Positions 39,142 through 49,828 are shown, numbered from the stretch's first letter. The stretch is DNA of 64,000 nucleotides from Thermodesulfobacteriota bacterium (GCA_963675595.2 CAXXLZ010000001.1:864001-928000); one strand, 5' to 3'. The notes: a model not told the origin generated them from the sequence alone. Program-made: numbers and translations.

Positions 39142-39828
39142 ATGGTCTACATCGTGTTGTACCTGGTAGGGGCTATTCTGGTTGTCAACGGGCTGACCAT
39201 GGCCCAGATCATCACGTCTTTCAGTCCCGTCGCGGGAGCGGCGAACGTACCCGTTCTGGCTTTGGGGTTTTCGGCCACGGGCATTGCTAATCTGAACTGG
39301 ATTATCGGCGGCCTGATCGTCATCATCGCGCTGATTATCGCCACCAAAGACATGTACAACGGTTTCGGGGAAACCGTGTCCTATGTGGTGGCTTCCACCT
39401 GTTTGACTTTTGCCATCGCCTATCTTCTGCTCGGGGCGGCTCTCAACAACATGTACAATCCCGACTTTTTGTCGATGGCGCAAGCGGCTGTGGGGGAAGG
39501 ACAAGAACTGAATCCATTCGTCAGTTTTGCGGCACTGCAACCTTTGGGATGGTATTGCCTGCCCATGTCCATTTTTGTCTTTATTTTGAGCTTGGGATTT
39601 TTCCAGGTCATCGGGAAGAAACTGCCCAAAGTCCCGCAGTTCGGATTCCTCTGGCTGCTGTGGGCGATCACGTTCTTCCTCTTCTTCTGGGTGTTGGGAC
39701 TCGGAAACTACGGCGCCGGCCTGAGCATGTTGATATTCACAGGCTGGTACGCGTTCATTGTCGGTTTGCTTACGTGTGCTTATCCCGCCTTGGCCTATTT
39801 CAACGCGGGCAAGGTAGGAGCCTGGTAA
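39142..39828 (+). CDS. AmiS/UreI-family channel protein
   Basis: MVYIVLYLVGAILVVNGL start, LTFAIAYL, LGWYCL and WLLWAITFFLFF motifs; GGGGAG RBS before ATG 39142. Confidence 0.75.
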   Translation: MVYIVLYLVGAILVVNGLTMAQIITSFSPVAGAANVPVLALGFSATGIANLNWIIGGLIVIIALIIATKDMYNGFGETVSYVVASTCLTFAIAYLLLGAALNNMYNPDFLSMAQAAVGEGQELNPFVSFAALQPLGWYCLPMSIFVFILSLGFFQVIGKKLPKVPQFGFLWLLWAITFFLFFWVLGLGNYGAGLSMLIFTGWYAFIVGLLTCAYPALAYFNAGKVGAW

Positions 39829-39877
39829 TCGCCGCCCGTCACGGAATGGGAGTTGGCTAGTTAAGGCGAGAAGAATG

Positions 39878-39916
39878 AAAGGGTGGTGAACGCGATGTTC
39901 GCCACCCTTTTTTGTT
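39878..39916 (+). terminator. Rho-independent terminator
   Basis: AAAGGGTGGTGAAC-loop-GTTCGCCACCCTTTTTT. Confidence 0.85.
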
Positions 39917-40047
39917 TGGCCGAGCGAATGCCGGGGATCGGATTCGAGGAGATTTTACTCTCCATCGGTCCGTGGATCGTCCGCGCTTCTCAGGGAAGCT
40001 CGGCGAGCCGATTCCGGCAGGTTAAGCGCGGTTCGAAAGGTTCGTAA

Positions 40048-41025
40048 CTACTCTTCCGAACTTCCTTCGGCACCCGATGAGGTTTGGCCTATCCGCTGAA
40101 GAAGTCGCTCGTATTTGGCATCCACCTGTTCCTGAATCGTCTTGATGTCGTCTTCAGTGAGATGCCTGAAACGCCTCTGGTGTTGCAGATATTCCTGAAC
40201 GGGTTTCGGTGACTTAACGTCTTTGCTGAGAATCCAATTCCCGTCGATCACTTCGTACAGAGGGAAGACGCGTGTTTCCACCGCCAGTCTCGCGGCCTCC
40301 ACGGACCTTTCGGGCGCAAGCCTCCATCCGGTGCAACAGGGTGAAAATACATGCAGATAGGCCGGTCCGGGAATGGTGGCCGCCTTCTTGGCCTTATTCA
40401 TAAGGTCCACCGGATAAGCCGGGCACGCGGTAGCAACGTAAGGGATGTTATGTGCCGCCGCAATGGCGGCCACATCCTTCTTCAAGGTGGCCTGACCGAT
40501 GCTTTGTTTTCCGGGAGGCGATGTCGTGGTCATGGCTCCGTACGGTGTTGAACTCGAACGTTGAATACCCGTGTTCATGTAGGCTTCGTTGTCGAGACAA
40601 ACGTAAAGGAAGTTGTGACCCCGTTCCAAGGCGCCACTGAGAGCCTGGAGTCCGATGTCGGCCGTTCCGCCGTCTCCGGCAACAGCCATGAATACGGTGT
40701 TCTCGTCTTTGATACGCCCCTTACGAATCAGCGCCTTGTAGCCTGATTCAACGCCCGAAGCGACTGCGGCGGCGTTTTCGAAGGCCACGTGGAGCCAAGG
40801 GGTACGCCATGCGGTCTGAGGCCAAGGGGAGGTGATGATTTCCATGCATCCCGTGGCGGAACAGACGATGACATTATCGCCGATGGCCTTCATCACCTGA
40901 CGAAGTGCAAGAACCTCGGTGCAGCCTTGACAGGCGCGATGACCCGGGGCCAGGGGCTCCACGCGAGGAAGCTTCTTCATGGAGTATTTCTGGAAATCCT
41001 TCAATGCTGCTGTCGCCGTTCCCAT
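40048..41025 (-). CDS. porB: Pyruvate/2-oxoacid:ferredoxin oxidoreductase beta subunit
   Basis: GHRACQGC and TPP motif GDGGTADIG...DNEAYMNTG. Confidence 0.92.
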   Translation of the reverse strand: MGTATAALKDFQKYSMKKLPRVEPLAPGHRACQGCTEVLALRQVMKAIGDNVIVCSATGCMEIITSPWPQTAWRTPWLHVAFENAAAVASGVESGYKALIRKGRIKDENTVFMAVAGDGGTADIGLQALSGALERGHNFLYVCLDNEAYMNTGIQRSSSTPYGAMTTTSPPGKQSIGQATLKKDVAAIAAAHNIPYVATACPAYPVDLMNKAKKAATIPGPAYLHVFSPCCTGWRLAPERSVEAARLAVETRVFPLYEVIDGNWILSKDVKSPKPVQEYLQHQRRFRHLTEDDIKTIQEQVDAKYERLLQRIGQTSSGAEGSSEE

Positions 41026-42200
41026 TATTCCCTCACATTTATGATCTGATAGAGTTCAGAGGAATTGGAGCTTGCCAGGCTCTTCACATCGGAAGCCATT
41101 TCCTCGAAATTTTCGACCGTAACATCGCGGCCGCCCAAGCCGGCGATGAAGTTGAAAATGAAGGGTCGGCTGGACTGGTTGTAGAAAAGGGATCGAATTT
41201 CAGTGGCAAGAGGGCCGCCGTTCCCGCCGAAGCTCAGGTAACGGTCCACCACGCCTACGTACTTGGCGTTCTTGAGCGCGGCCACCACTTCTTCGTTGGG
41301 AAACGGCCGGTACAGCCGAATGCGGGCTACGCCGACTTTGTGGCCCTTGGCGCGCATACCGTCGACCGCGGTCATCGCGGTTTCGCCGATACTGCCCATG
41401 GTTACCAGAATCGTATCGGCATCCTCGGTCAGATAGGTTTCCACGGGGTTGTAGTAGCGTCCGGTGAGGTCGCCGAATTCCTTCCATCCTTTGAGAATGG
41501 TCGGTTTGGACGCTTTGACGGCCTCCTCAAGCGCCATCCTCGCTTCCGTGTAGACTTCCGGCATTCCCACGGGTCCCATGGTGATGGGATTCTTGGGATC
41601 GAGCCGTTGTGCCCAGTCGTAGGGCTTAAGGTACTTGTCCACGTCTTTCTGGTCGAGGATCTCGATAGGCTCGATGACGTGGCTCACGGTGAACCCGTCC
41701 ATGTTGATAATCATGGGCAGCAGGACTCCGTGGTCTTCCGCCACGCGATAAGCATGAAACAACGAATCATACATTTCCTGACCGTTTTCTGCGACGGTTT
41801 GGATCCATCCCGTGTCTCGGGCAAGCATGATGTCGCTGTGATCGTTCCAGATGCTGATGGGGCCGCTCATGGCTCGGTTGGCCATGGCCATGACTATGGG
41901 GAGCCTCAATGATGAGGCGATGAATACGATTTCCACCATCAGAGCCATGCCCTGTGAGCTCGTGGCTGTAAAAACTCTGGCTCCGGCGGCGGCCGCTCCG
42001 ATACTGCAGCTCATGGCCGAATGTTCGGATTCCACCGGAATAAACTCGGCGTCCAATTCCCCGTCTGCGACCAGTTCCGATAGGTGCTCCACAATGTGCG
42101 TCTGGGGAGTAATCGGGTAGGCTGCGACCACGTCCACATTGGCCTGTTTAACCGCTTCAGCCAAAGCGATTGAAACTTCAATTCCGACTCGCTCACTCAT
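41025..42200 (-). CDS. porA: Pyruvate/2-oxoacid:ferredoxin oxidoreductase alpha subunit
   Basis: YPITPQT, ESEHSA, TATSSQG and GLGGRD motifs. Confidence 0.93.
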   Translation of the reverse strand: MSERVGIEVSIALAEAVKQANVDVVAAYPITPQTHIVEHLSELVADGELDAEFIPVESEHSAMSCSIGAAAAGARVFTATSSQGMALMVEIVFIASSLRLPIVMAMANRAMSGPISIWNDHSDIMLARDTGWIQTVAENGQEMYDSLFHAYRVAEDHGVLLPMIINMDGFTVSHVIEPIEILDQKDVDKYLKPYDWAQRLDPKNPITMGPVGMPEVYTEARMALEEAVKASKPTILKGWKEFGDLTGRYYNPVETYLTEDADTILVTMGSIGETAMTAVDGMRAKGHKVGVARIRLYRPFPNEEVVAALKNAKYVGVVDRYLSFGGNGGPLATEIRSLFYNQSSRPFIFNFIAGLGGRDVTVENFEEMASDVKSLASSNSSELYQIINVRE

Positions 42201-42492
42201 CGCTTCCGTCCTCCACCATGGTTATGCATTTTTTCGGGCACTCATAAGCGCAGATGCCGCACCCTTTACAGTAGAACAGATTCGCCTCGTAGTAACCCTC
42301 TTCGGTGGGGGAATAAACCATGTCCGGGCAATAGATGTAGCAGAATCCACATTTGATGCAGGTGTCGTAATCCGTGACCGGATGTTTGCTGCGCCAGTCA
42401 CCCGTTTTTAGCCTTGAGGAACTCCCAGGTTCGAGAACGGCAGTCCCCAATGGTAACTCTTTCCAGCTGATTGCGCCGATTTCCTTTGCCAC
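42193..42492 (-). CDS. porD: 2-oxoacid:ferredoxin oxidoreductase delta subunit (2x4Fe-4S)
   Basis: KTGDWR, CIKCGFC..CP and CKGCGICAYECP motifs. Confidence 0.92.
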   Translation of the reverse strand: MAKEIGAISWKELPLGTAVLEPGSSSRLKTGDWRSKHPVTDYDTCIKCGFCYIYCPDMVYSPTEEGYYEANLFYCKGCGICAYECPKKCITMVEDGSDE

Positions 42493-42496
42493 TTTC

Positions 42497-43045
42497 TTAC
42501 TCCTCGACTCGGGTTTCTACGAATGCCCTCTTGCAGGAAGACAGGTTCTTGGGAGCGATGGGACCAAATCGCTTCTCAAGGGGGCCTTCAAGAGACGCAA
42601 TGTCCACCACTCCGGTGGCCTTCAGGATGGCACCGAGCATTGTCGTGTTGGTAATGGGTACGTTCATTTCTTCCATGGCAATTTTGCTCGCATCCACCAG
42701 CGCAAGGCGTGCCTTCCACCCATATCTCTTTCGGAGGGCTTCCGCACTTTCAGACGTGTTGAGCACCAAAGTGCCTCCTTCGCGCAATCCGGCCGCCACA
42801 TCGACGATCTCGAGGAGTGTCGGGTCCAGCACCGCGACTACGTCGGGCTCGTACACCTTTTCCCTGGTGCGAATCTTTTCCTCGCTGACTCGGGTAAAGG
42901 CCAGTACCGGTGCTCCGCGCCGCTCGGGACCGAAACTGGGGAAGGCCTGTGCGAACTTACCCTCGTTAATGGCGGCAACGGCCATCAACTCAGCGGAAGT
43001 AACCGCTCCTTGTCCCCCTCGTCCATGGTATCTGATTTCAAGCAT
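42497..43045 (-). CDS. porC: 2-oxoacid:ferredoxin oxidoreductase gamma subunit
   Basis: EIRYHGRGGQG, FGPERRGAP and NTTMLGA motifs. Confidence 0.92.
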   Translation of the reverse strand: MLEIRYHGRGGQGAVTSAELMAVAAINEGKFAQAFPSFGPERRGAPVLAFTRVSEEKIRTREKVYEPDVVAVLDPTLLEIVDVAAGLREGGTLVLNTSESAEALRKRYGWKARLALVDASKIAMEEMNVPITNTTMLGAILKATGVVDIASLEGPLEKRFGPIAPKNLSSCKRAFVETRVEE

Positions 43046-43104
43046 AGTCACCAACCTCCCTAAACAATTCAAAGATTCATGAGTATCCAATGGCTCACGA
43101 TAAG

Positions 43105-43899
43105 CTATCTTCCGACAAAGTTGGGTTTCCTCTTCTCTGCGAAGGCCGTGAAGCCTTCCCGGGCGTCCGCGGTCGCGAACATTTTCCGCTGGCTCCTGTT
43201 TTCCTCATCAATATGAGCTCGGAGCCTGGGGAGAATCTCGCGATTCAAGAGGGCCTTGGTCTCGGCGATGGCCACGGGGGGTCTTGCGGCCAAATTTTGA
43301 GCCAACTCTTGAGCAGCCTGCATAACTTCTTCAGCAGGGACGACCCGGTTGTACAGTCCGAGGGAGAATGCCTCCTCCGCCGTCAGAATTCTGCCGGTAA
43401 AGAATAGTTCGGCGGCACGGTGGTACCCAATCGTTTCAGGCACGAAGAAGGTGCCGCCGCCGTCCGGCACCAAACCGATGTTGAGGAATACTTCAGCGAA
43501 GCGCGCCTTCTCGGATGCAATGGTGATATCACAAGCAAGAGCCAAATTGGCACCGGCGCCGGCCGCCACTCCGTTGACGGCCCCGATCACGGGTTTAGGA
43601 GTCCTCCGAATGGCCATGACCACACGGGTAAGCATTCTGAGAATATCTTCCTCTTCCGGTCCCTCCTTAATCTGGCTCAATAAGTCATCAGCGCCTTTTA
43701 CGTCCGCGCCTGCGCAGAACGCGCGGCCCTCTCCGGTGAAGATTACGCACCGAATGTCCTCATCCACCCCGGCGTCTTCAAAAGCTTTCAACAGCTCTTT
43801 CAACATCGGGACGTTGAAAGCATTAAGTTCGTCGGGGCGTCTCATGACGATTGTGGCCACCTGCTCCGATTTTTCAAAGCGAATCGTTGAAAATTCCAT
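43105..43899 (-). CDS. Enoyl-CoA hydratase/isomerase family protein
   Basis: AFCAGAD, AVNGVAAGAG, GLVPDGG and AFAEKRKPNF motifs. Confidence 0.92.
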   Translation of the reverse strand: MEFSTIRFEKSEQVATIVMRRPDELNAFNVPMLKELLKAFEDAGVDEDIRCVIFTGEGRAFCAGADVKGADDLLSQIKEGPEEEDILRMLTRVVMAIRRTPKPVIGAVNGVAAGAGANLALACDITIASEKARFAEVFLNIGLVPDGGGTFFVPETIGYHRAAELFFTGRILTAEEAFSLGLYNRVVPAEEVMQAAQELAQNLAARPPVAIAETKALLNREILPRLRAHIDEENRSQRKMFATADAREGFTAFAEKRKPNFVGR

Positions 43900-44383
43900 A
43901 GTGGTTTTCCCCTTGTGCCGTGACGTTGATACCATCCAAGGTGGTTCGTGGTTTTCCTCAGAATCAGCCTTCCGGAATTGCGGTGAGGCTTTGAGCTTCC
44001 AGTGATCGCAAGCCCACGGAAACTTTCATTGTAACCGCACAGGGCTCTGCTGTCCAAGCGGAAGTGCAGAGGGCGCAGAAAAGACGTGACGATTCAGGAG
44101 GGGAACACTTCCAAGATGCTTTCCTCACGCGCTTTTGTCCAAAGTTCTTCAACCCCGCAACAGCGGGGAGGTCGCGCTCAGGCCAAACAATCATTCGTCG
44201 AAACGCCTTCGATCGATATGTATCCGTTCCATCCATGCGGTTCTGATGCGGCCCTTTTATCATCAGCCGGACAAAGGCTGAGCGCACCGATGGTCCGTAC
44301 GAGACGGCGGACGAGGGATGGTCGTGGACGGCCGCTGAGGCTGCCCACGACCCAAACCGCCCGGAAGAGGGCGCCCGTTTGAG

Positions 44384-45955
44384 TTATATCTGTCGTTCCT
44401 GATCCTTCCAGTAAGGTTCCCGGATGATGCGTTTGAGCACTTTGCCCGTCGCCGTTCTGGGGAAGTCCTGAACGAATTCGACACTTCGAGGCCGTTTGTA
44501 GCCGGCCAGATTATCCTTGCAGAAGTCCAGTATTTGTTTTTCGGTGAGGGAAGCGCCTTCCTTAAGCATGACAAAGGCCTTCACTTCTTCACCCCAATCG
44601 GGATGGGGTACGCCGATGGCGGCCGCTTCCGAAACCTCGGGAATCTTCATGAGGACCTCTTCAATTTCGGCCGGGTAGACGTTCTCACCACCGCTGATGA
44701 TCATGTCGTGCTTGCGGTCGGCAAGGTAGTAGTAGCCCTCTTCGTCGAAGTACGCAATATCTCCGGCGGTTGACCACTCTCCGTTGATGGATTCTTCAGT
44801 CTTCTTAGGATCCTTGTAATATCCGATAAACGCGGAGCGAGCTTTGGCCCACAGAACGCCCTGTTTGCGCGGCTCGGTCACCACATTTCCTTCTTCGTCT
44901 ATCAGTTTGATGTCGATGCCGGGGTTGGGGAGACCGATGCTGCGGACTTTGCGCTTCTGATCTCGGTGCCTCAAGGTCGTGAGAGCCCCGGTCTCAGTGG
45001 AGCCGTACCCTTCGCTGAAACGGGCGTTGCAGAAGAACTCCAAGGCGGCTTCCTTGGTCTTTGTCATCAACGGGGCGCTGGAACTGCCGAGACTGGAGAG
45101 CGAGGACATGTCGTACTTGCTCCGGACTTCTTCGGGCAGCTCAAGAATTCGACTGATCATGGTGGGAACCATGGATGTCGTGGTCACCTTTTCATCTGAG
45201 ATCAGTTCCAGTACTTTCTCCGGATTGAACTTGCCTGAAGGCATGATTACGTTGGTTCCCCCGCACCAGAAAGTAATCAAGGTCGACCAGACGCTGTTGG
45301 AATGGCAAATGGGGATGATGGCCAGAAGAACACGTTTGGTCAGGTCGATATGAGCTTTTCCCGCAGTACGCACAAACACGTTCTTGATGATGTCCAGAAT
45401 CCCTCGCTGGGTGTTCATTGCCCCTTTGGGGAACCCTGTGGTACCGGAGGTATACCCGAAGAAGAAAATGTCTTCCTCGCTCATGTCCACATCCGTGGGT
45501 TCATTCGTCGGTTGTCCGGCAAGCAGGTCTTCATAATTCATGAAGCCTTCCGGGGTGTCTTCTTTAGGGGCGACGACGAAGACGTTCTCTTTTTTCACAT
45601 TGGCAAGGTTGTCGAAGTTGATCTTGTCGAACAGCTCCCTGCCTATGATGACACCGGTGGAATCGGAGTTGTTGATGACGTACTCGAGTTCGGAGGGCAC
45701 CAAGCGGAAGTTCACGGGCACGCTGATCACGCTGAGTCTCGCCAGTCCGTGGTAAATCTCGAGGAACTCGGTATTGTTGTACATGATGATCGAGACTTTG
45801 TCCTGTCTCTTGAAACCGCGCGCTCTCATGGCGTGAGCCAGCTGATTGGCCCGAGAGTTCAGCTCGGAGTAGGTCAAACGCTTTCCTTCAAAGACCGCTC
45901 CAACTCTGTCCGGGTTCCGCCATGAATTGATGCGCAATCCATCTGCAACGTTCAT
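44384..45955 (-). CDS. Acyl-CoA synthetase (AMP-forming)
   Basis: YTSGTTGFPKG, YGSTE, TAGD, DMIISGGENVYP and TGKV motifs. Confidence 0.93.
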   Translation of the reverse strand: MNVADGLRINSWRNPDRVGAVFEGKRLTYSELNSRANQLAHAMRARGFKRQDKVSIIMYNNTEFLEIYHGLARLSVISVPVNFRLVPSELEYVINNSDSTGVIIGRELFDKINFDNLANVKKENVFVVAPKEDTPEGFMNYEDLLAGQPTNEPTDVDMSEEDIFFFGYTSGTTGFPKGAMNTQRGILDIIKNVFVRTAGKAHIDLTKRVLLAIIPICHSNSVWSTLITFWCGGTNVIMPSGKFNPEKVLELISDEKVTTTSMVPTMISRILELPEEVRSKYDMSSLSSLGSSSAPLMTKTKEAALEFFCNARFSEGYGSTETGALTTLRHRDQKRKVRSIGLPNPGIDIKLIDEEGNVVTEPRKQGVLWAKARSAFIGYYKDPKKTEESINGEWSTAGDIAYFDEEGYYYLADRKHDMIISGGENVYPAEIEEVLMKIPEVSEAAAIGVPHPDWGEEVKAFVMLKEGASLTEKQILDFCKDNLAGYKRPRSVEFVQDFPRTATGKVLKRIIREPYWKDQERQI

Positions 45956-46008
45956 TAATAGCTCCTTTTGGGATCAAGCGTTTTCTGAGAGGCTGCGCCG
46001 GAGTCTTA

Positions 46009-47100
46009 TCAGCGCAGTTGGTTTTTGTCCTTGGGATACCAGAAGTAACCGTCTTGCCAAGGCGGCACGAACATGTATCCCTGGCTTCCGTCGTTCCATT
46101 GGACGATCTCTTTGGTGCAGGGTCCGTTCTTCGTGGTGAACGGCCTCAACTTGCGACGAAGCAGCTGTTCGAGCACGCGTCCCAAGGCGAGGAGTCTGGG
46201 GACGTCGATACCGGTGTCGATACCCACTTCTTCCAGCATCACCACACCGTCTTCGGAAGAGCAGTTCCCAACGTCGACACCGTCCGTATACAGAGGACCG
46301 GTGCCCTTGCCCACCAAGTTGTCCACGATAAACGCAGGCTGCCCGCCCAGGGCTCCCAAGGAAAGCTCGACAACTTGCGCTCCCGCCATCACGCAAGCAA
46401 ACGTGTTGGCCAAGCCCATGCCTCGAGTATCATGGAAGTGGGCGATGCGGTACTGGGCTTCACCGTCGTACTTCGAGAACTCGTCCACCAGGCGGGACAT
46501 GTACTCATAGGTACGGATCGGATTACTTTCCCCGGTGGTGTCGCAGGGGGTGAAATGCCGGATACCGAGGTCGAGGCCCCATTTGATAAGATCAATGGTG
46601 TTCTCGATGGGCACCACGGCGTCGCAGGGGGACCCGTACACGCAAGCGATGGCCATGTCCAGATGGATTCCGACGGACTTGCAGATTTTGAACATTTCTT
46701 CGATTTCCGGCTTGTATTCGTCACGGGTTCGGCCGGAGTTGCGCTTTCCGTGCAGGTCGGCGGCGGAAATGGTGAAAGCGAGCCCGTCGATGGGATCGCC
46801 CTTCTCTTTGACCGCAGCAGCCCGCTCGGCGGCCTTCTTGGTCATACCGTAGGACTTATAGTATACGCCCTCGACGCGCTTGAGCGCGCCATGCACTTGC
46901 TCGGCGTCCGCCGACTGAGGGAGATATTTGGGGTGAGAAAAGTTGGTGACCTCAAGCATCTTGTACCCGCAGGCGATGAATTCGTTGATGAACCAAGCCT
47001 TGGTGTCTACGGGTAGGTAAGTGTCTAAATTCTGTATGCCGTCTCTCGCGAAGAGTTCCAGCATCTTCACTTTCTTGGGTAAAGATCCTTTCAAATCCAT
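46009..47100 (-). CDS. HMG-CoA lyase-like DRE-TIM metallolyase
   Basis: RDGIQN and HFHDTRG motifs; LGGQP in place of LGGCP. Confidence 0.8.
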   Translation of the reverse strand: MDLKGSLPKKVKMLELFARDGIQNLDTYLPVDTKAWFINEFIACGYKMLEVTNFSHPKYLPQSADAEQVHGALKRVEGVYYKSYGMTKKAAERAAAVKEKGDPIDGLAFTISAADLHGKRNSGRTRDEYKPEIEEMFKICKSVGIHLDMAIACVYGSPCDAVVPIENTIDLIKWGLDLGIRHFTPCDTTGESNPIRTYEYMSRLVDEFSKYDGEAQYRIAHFHDTRGMGLANTFACVMAGAQVVELSLGALGGQPAFIVDNLVGKGTGPLYTDGVDVGNCSSEDGVVMLEEVGIDTGIDVPRLLALGRVLEQLLRRKLRPFTTKNGPCTKEIVQWNDGSQGYMFVPPWQDGYFWYPKDKNQLR

Positions 47101-47528
47101 TTGACTCCTCCTTCGTTAAGTGTCGATCCCCTGTGAGGGATTGTTTTTGAATTGGCGTGTTGCTTTTCTGCCGTCCCTCTGAGATATGGTCCGGGAACAT
47201 GCCGTGACTCAGGTCAAAAACATACGCTCGGACTATTTTCACACCTTTGGCCTTTCGCACACCGCCCCGGTGTCTCAAGCGAGGCATTCCGGCGGCTGAA
47301 ATGCGATCAACCGGTGGGAAATCCGTTATTACGCCGACAATCGGCCGTGCACTGTCGTTATTGCGAGGAACAACCCAACGAAGCAGTTTCCAGGATTCCA
47401 CGAATCGTGTGTTTCCGGAGTGCCTCGGCCGCAGTAACCGCCTCCGAAGGCTCGGCATGACGGTTACGTTATTCCGTGATCACCTAGACGGGTGAACCTA
47501 CCCCCTTCCCGTTTCGGTGCCAGGGGAG

Positions 47529-47562
47529 CAAAGGAGAAACGCTTTATGGCGCTTCTCCTTTG
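47529..47562. terminator. Hairpin downstream of thiolase (possible terminator)
   Basis: CAAAGGAGAAACGC...GCGCTTCTCCTTTG; U-tract is short. Confidence 0.4.
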
Positions 47563-47619
47563 AATATGGTCGAGCTCAGAGCCGAATCAGGTCGGCTCAG
47601 CCTTTGAGAAAGCCTGTCA

Positions 47620-48900
47620 TTAACGTTCCAGCGTCATGGCAAAGCCCATGCCGCCGCCGATGCAAAGCGTAGCCATGGATTTGGAGTAGTTTTTCCTCGC
47701 CATCTCCATGGCCGCCGCGTACACGATGCGAGCGCCGGTGGCTCCAATGGGGTGGCCGATGGAAATGCCGCCGCCGTTGCAATTGGTCTTGGACCAATCG
47801 AGACAGAGCTCTCGGATACAAGCCAAAGCCTGAGAAGCAAAGGCTTCATTCAATTCGGTATATTCGACATCCTTGACGCTCCAGCCGGCTCTCTTGAGGG
47901 CGATGTGCACGGCGGGGATGACGCCCAGTCCCATATAAGCGGGATCGATGGCGCCGGCGGAGTAGGAGCGGATCGTGGCCAAGGGCTTGAGGCCCATTTC
48001 GTCGGCTTTATCTTTGGACATCACCAGCACCGCCGCCGCCGCGTCGTTAATACCGGAGGCGTTGGCCGCCGTGACCGTACCGTCCTTCTTGAAGAAGGGT
48101 TTGAGCTTGCCCATTTTTTCCAGCGATGTATCCATGGGACGCTCGTCCGTATCGAAGATGAGAGGATCGCCTTTTCTCTGGGGGATGGACACAGGGACGA
48201 TTTCTTCTTTGAGAATGCCGGCGGCGATGGCTGCTTTGGCCCGCTGATGGCTCTCAAGGCCCAACTTATCCTGGTCTTCCCTGGAAATCTGGTACTTGTC
48301 GGTGATGTTTTCGGCGGTCATACCCATGTGGTAACCGTAGTAGAGCTCCCACAGGCCGTCGTTGACCATCAGGTCGACGGCTTCCGCGTTGAACATCCGG
48401 GCGCCTTCACGCAGTGCGGGCAGGGCGTAGGGAATACGGCTCATGTTTTCCATTCCGCCGGCCACGATCACGTCGGCGTCGCCCGCTTTGATGCTCTGTG
48501 CGGCCAAGGCGATGGCTTTGATGCCGGAGGCACAGACTTTGTTGACGGTCATCGCGGGAGTTTCCTTGGGCATACCGGCGTAGATGGTCGCTTGGCGAGC
48601 GGGATTCTGACCTTGGCCCGCCTGCACGACGTTACCCATGATGACTTCGTCGACGGCGATCTCGCGGGCGCTGTCGTCCCACTGCCGATTCTTCTCTTCC
48701 AGCTCGATAATACCCACGCCTTTCAGCTTCTCCGGCGCAAAGTCGATCATGTCGGGCGTCGCCGCCGGTTTGAGGCCTACTCGTTTGAGGGCCTCTCGGA
48801 TGCACAGGGCCCCCAACTGAGCGGCCGGAATGTCCTTCAACGTTCCCTGGAAGTTCCCTACGGCAGTTCGGGCTCCGCTTACGATCACAACTTCTCTCAT
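47620..48900 (-). CDS. Acetyl-CoA C-acetyltransferase (thiolase)
   Basis: NKVCASG, NEAFA, GHPIGATG and LCIGGGMG motifs. Confidence 0.95.
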   Translation of the reverse strand: MREVVIVSGARTAVGNFQGTLKDIPAAQLGALCIREALKRVGLKPAATPDMIDFAPEKLKGVGIIELEEKNRQWDDSAREIAVDEVIMGNVVQAGQGQNPARQATIYAGMPKETPAMTVNKVCASGIKAIALAAQSIKAGDADVIVAGGMENMSRIPYALPALREGARMFNAEAVDLMVNDGLWELYYGYHMGMTAENITDKYQISREDQDKLGLESHQRAKAAIAAGILKEEIVPVSIPQRKGDPLIFDTDERPMDTSLEKMGKLKPFFKKDGTVTAANASGINDAAAAVLVMSKDKADEMGLKPLATIRSYSAGAIDPAYMGLGVIPAVHIALKRAGWSVKDVEYTELNEAFASQALACIRELCLDWSKTNCNGGGISIGHPIGATGARIVYAAAMEMARKNYSKSMATLCIGGGMGFAMTLER

Positions 48901-49176
48901 TCGCTTGCCTCCTGATTCGTTGTTCTTTCTAAACCTACCCGTTTGAAACCAAGAGCAGAGATTCCACTGCTCCCGAATGGCACCGCTCAGTATGCAAAAT
49001 ACTTCCGTGAAAGTGTTTCCACGCCGAAAAAGGCGTCGCCGTGGACCGCATCACGCCCCGGAAGAACAAGGGCTTTGCCGGCGGGCGAGCCTCCGACCGC
49101 TTTCCCTCGAACGACCCCCACGGCTTGACCGGCAAGGCGAGGCCCGAGGCCTGTAAATCCTGATTATCGGAATGCT

Positions 49177-49785
49177 TCAATCGACGCCGGAATCCGGTCT
49201 TCTTATGCCGTGCAGAATCTGGTCGGTGAACTCGTCTATGTATTCCCTCAGGTCCGGAGTTCTTCCAACAAGCAGTTTGCTTACAACCAGGTGTTCCACC
49301 GTTCCTAAAATCATGGCCCGTACCAAGTAGGGGTTTGTTTCCGGTCTGAACTCTCCTGAAGATATCCCTTCTTCGACTATGCGTAATACGACTCTAGACC
49401 TTTCTCTCACGGCCTGATACGCCTGGGTGTCGAGAAACTTTCGATTCTGCTTGAGGATCAACATCACAACGGCGGCATATTCCAGATGGTTCTGATAAAG
49501 CCACAGATAGTGATAAATTAGGCTTCGAATCTTATTGGAAGCTCCGCGAACGTGATCCAGGATAAACGCCAGCATCTCTCTGGATCGTCTCTCCGTTTCA
49601 CCTCCAATGGAAAACAGGAGTTCTTCTTTGGACGAGAAATACTCATAAATCGTGGCTTCGGATATACCCGCCTGCTGCGCTACCTCCGAAATGGTTGCCT
49701 CGTGAAAACCTTTTTCGGCGAATATCTTTTGCGCTGCGTTTCGAATCCCCTGCTTGCGAGCTTCAACCCTGTCCTTGTTCTGCAC
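49177..49785 (-). CDS. TetR/AcrR family regulator (paralog 1)
   Basis: FAEKGFHEATISEVA..AGISEATIYEYF. GTG 49785 has a GGAG RBS and matches the start of paralog 2. Confidence 0.9.
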   Translation of the reverse strand: MQNKDRVEARKQGIRNAAQKIFAEKGFHEATISEVAQQAGISEATIYEYFSSKEELLFSIGGETERRSREMLAFILDHVRGASNKIRSLIYHYLWLYQNHLEYAAVVMLILKQNRKFLDTQAYQAVRERSRVVLRIVEEGISSGEFRPETNPYLVRAMILGTVEHLVVSKLLVGRTPDLREYIDEFTDQILHGIRRPDSGVD

Positions 49786-49828
49786 GAGGATCTCCAACGA
49801 AATCTTAGGCAACCCAAATTTGTAGAAA

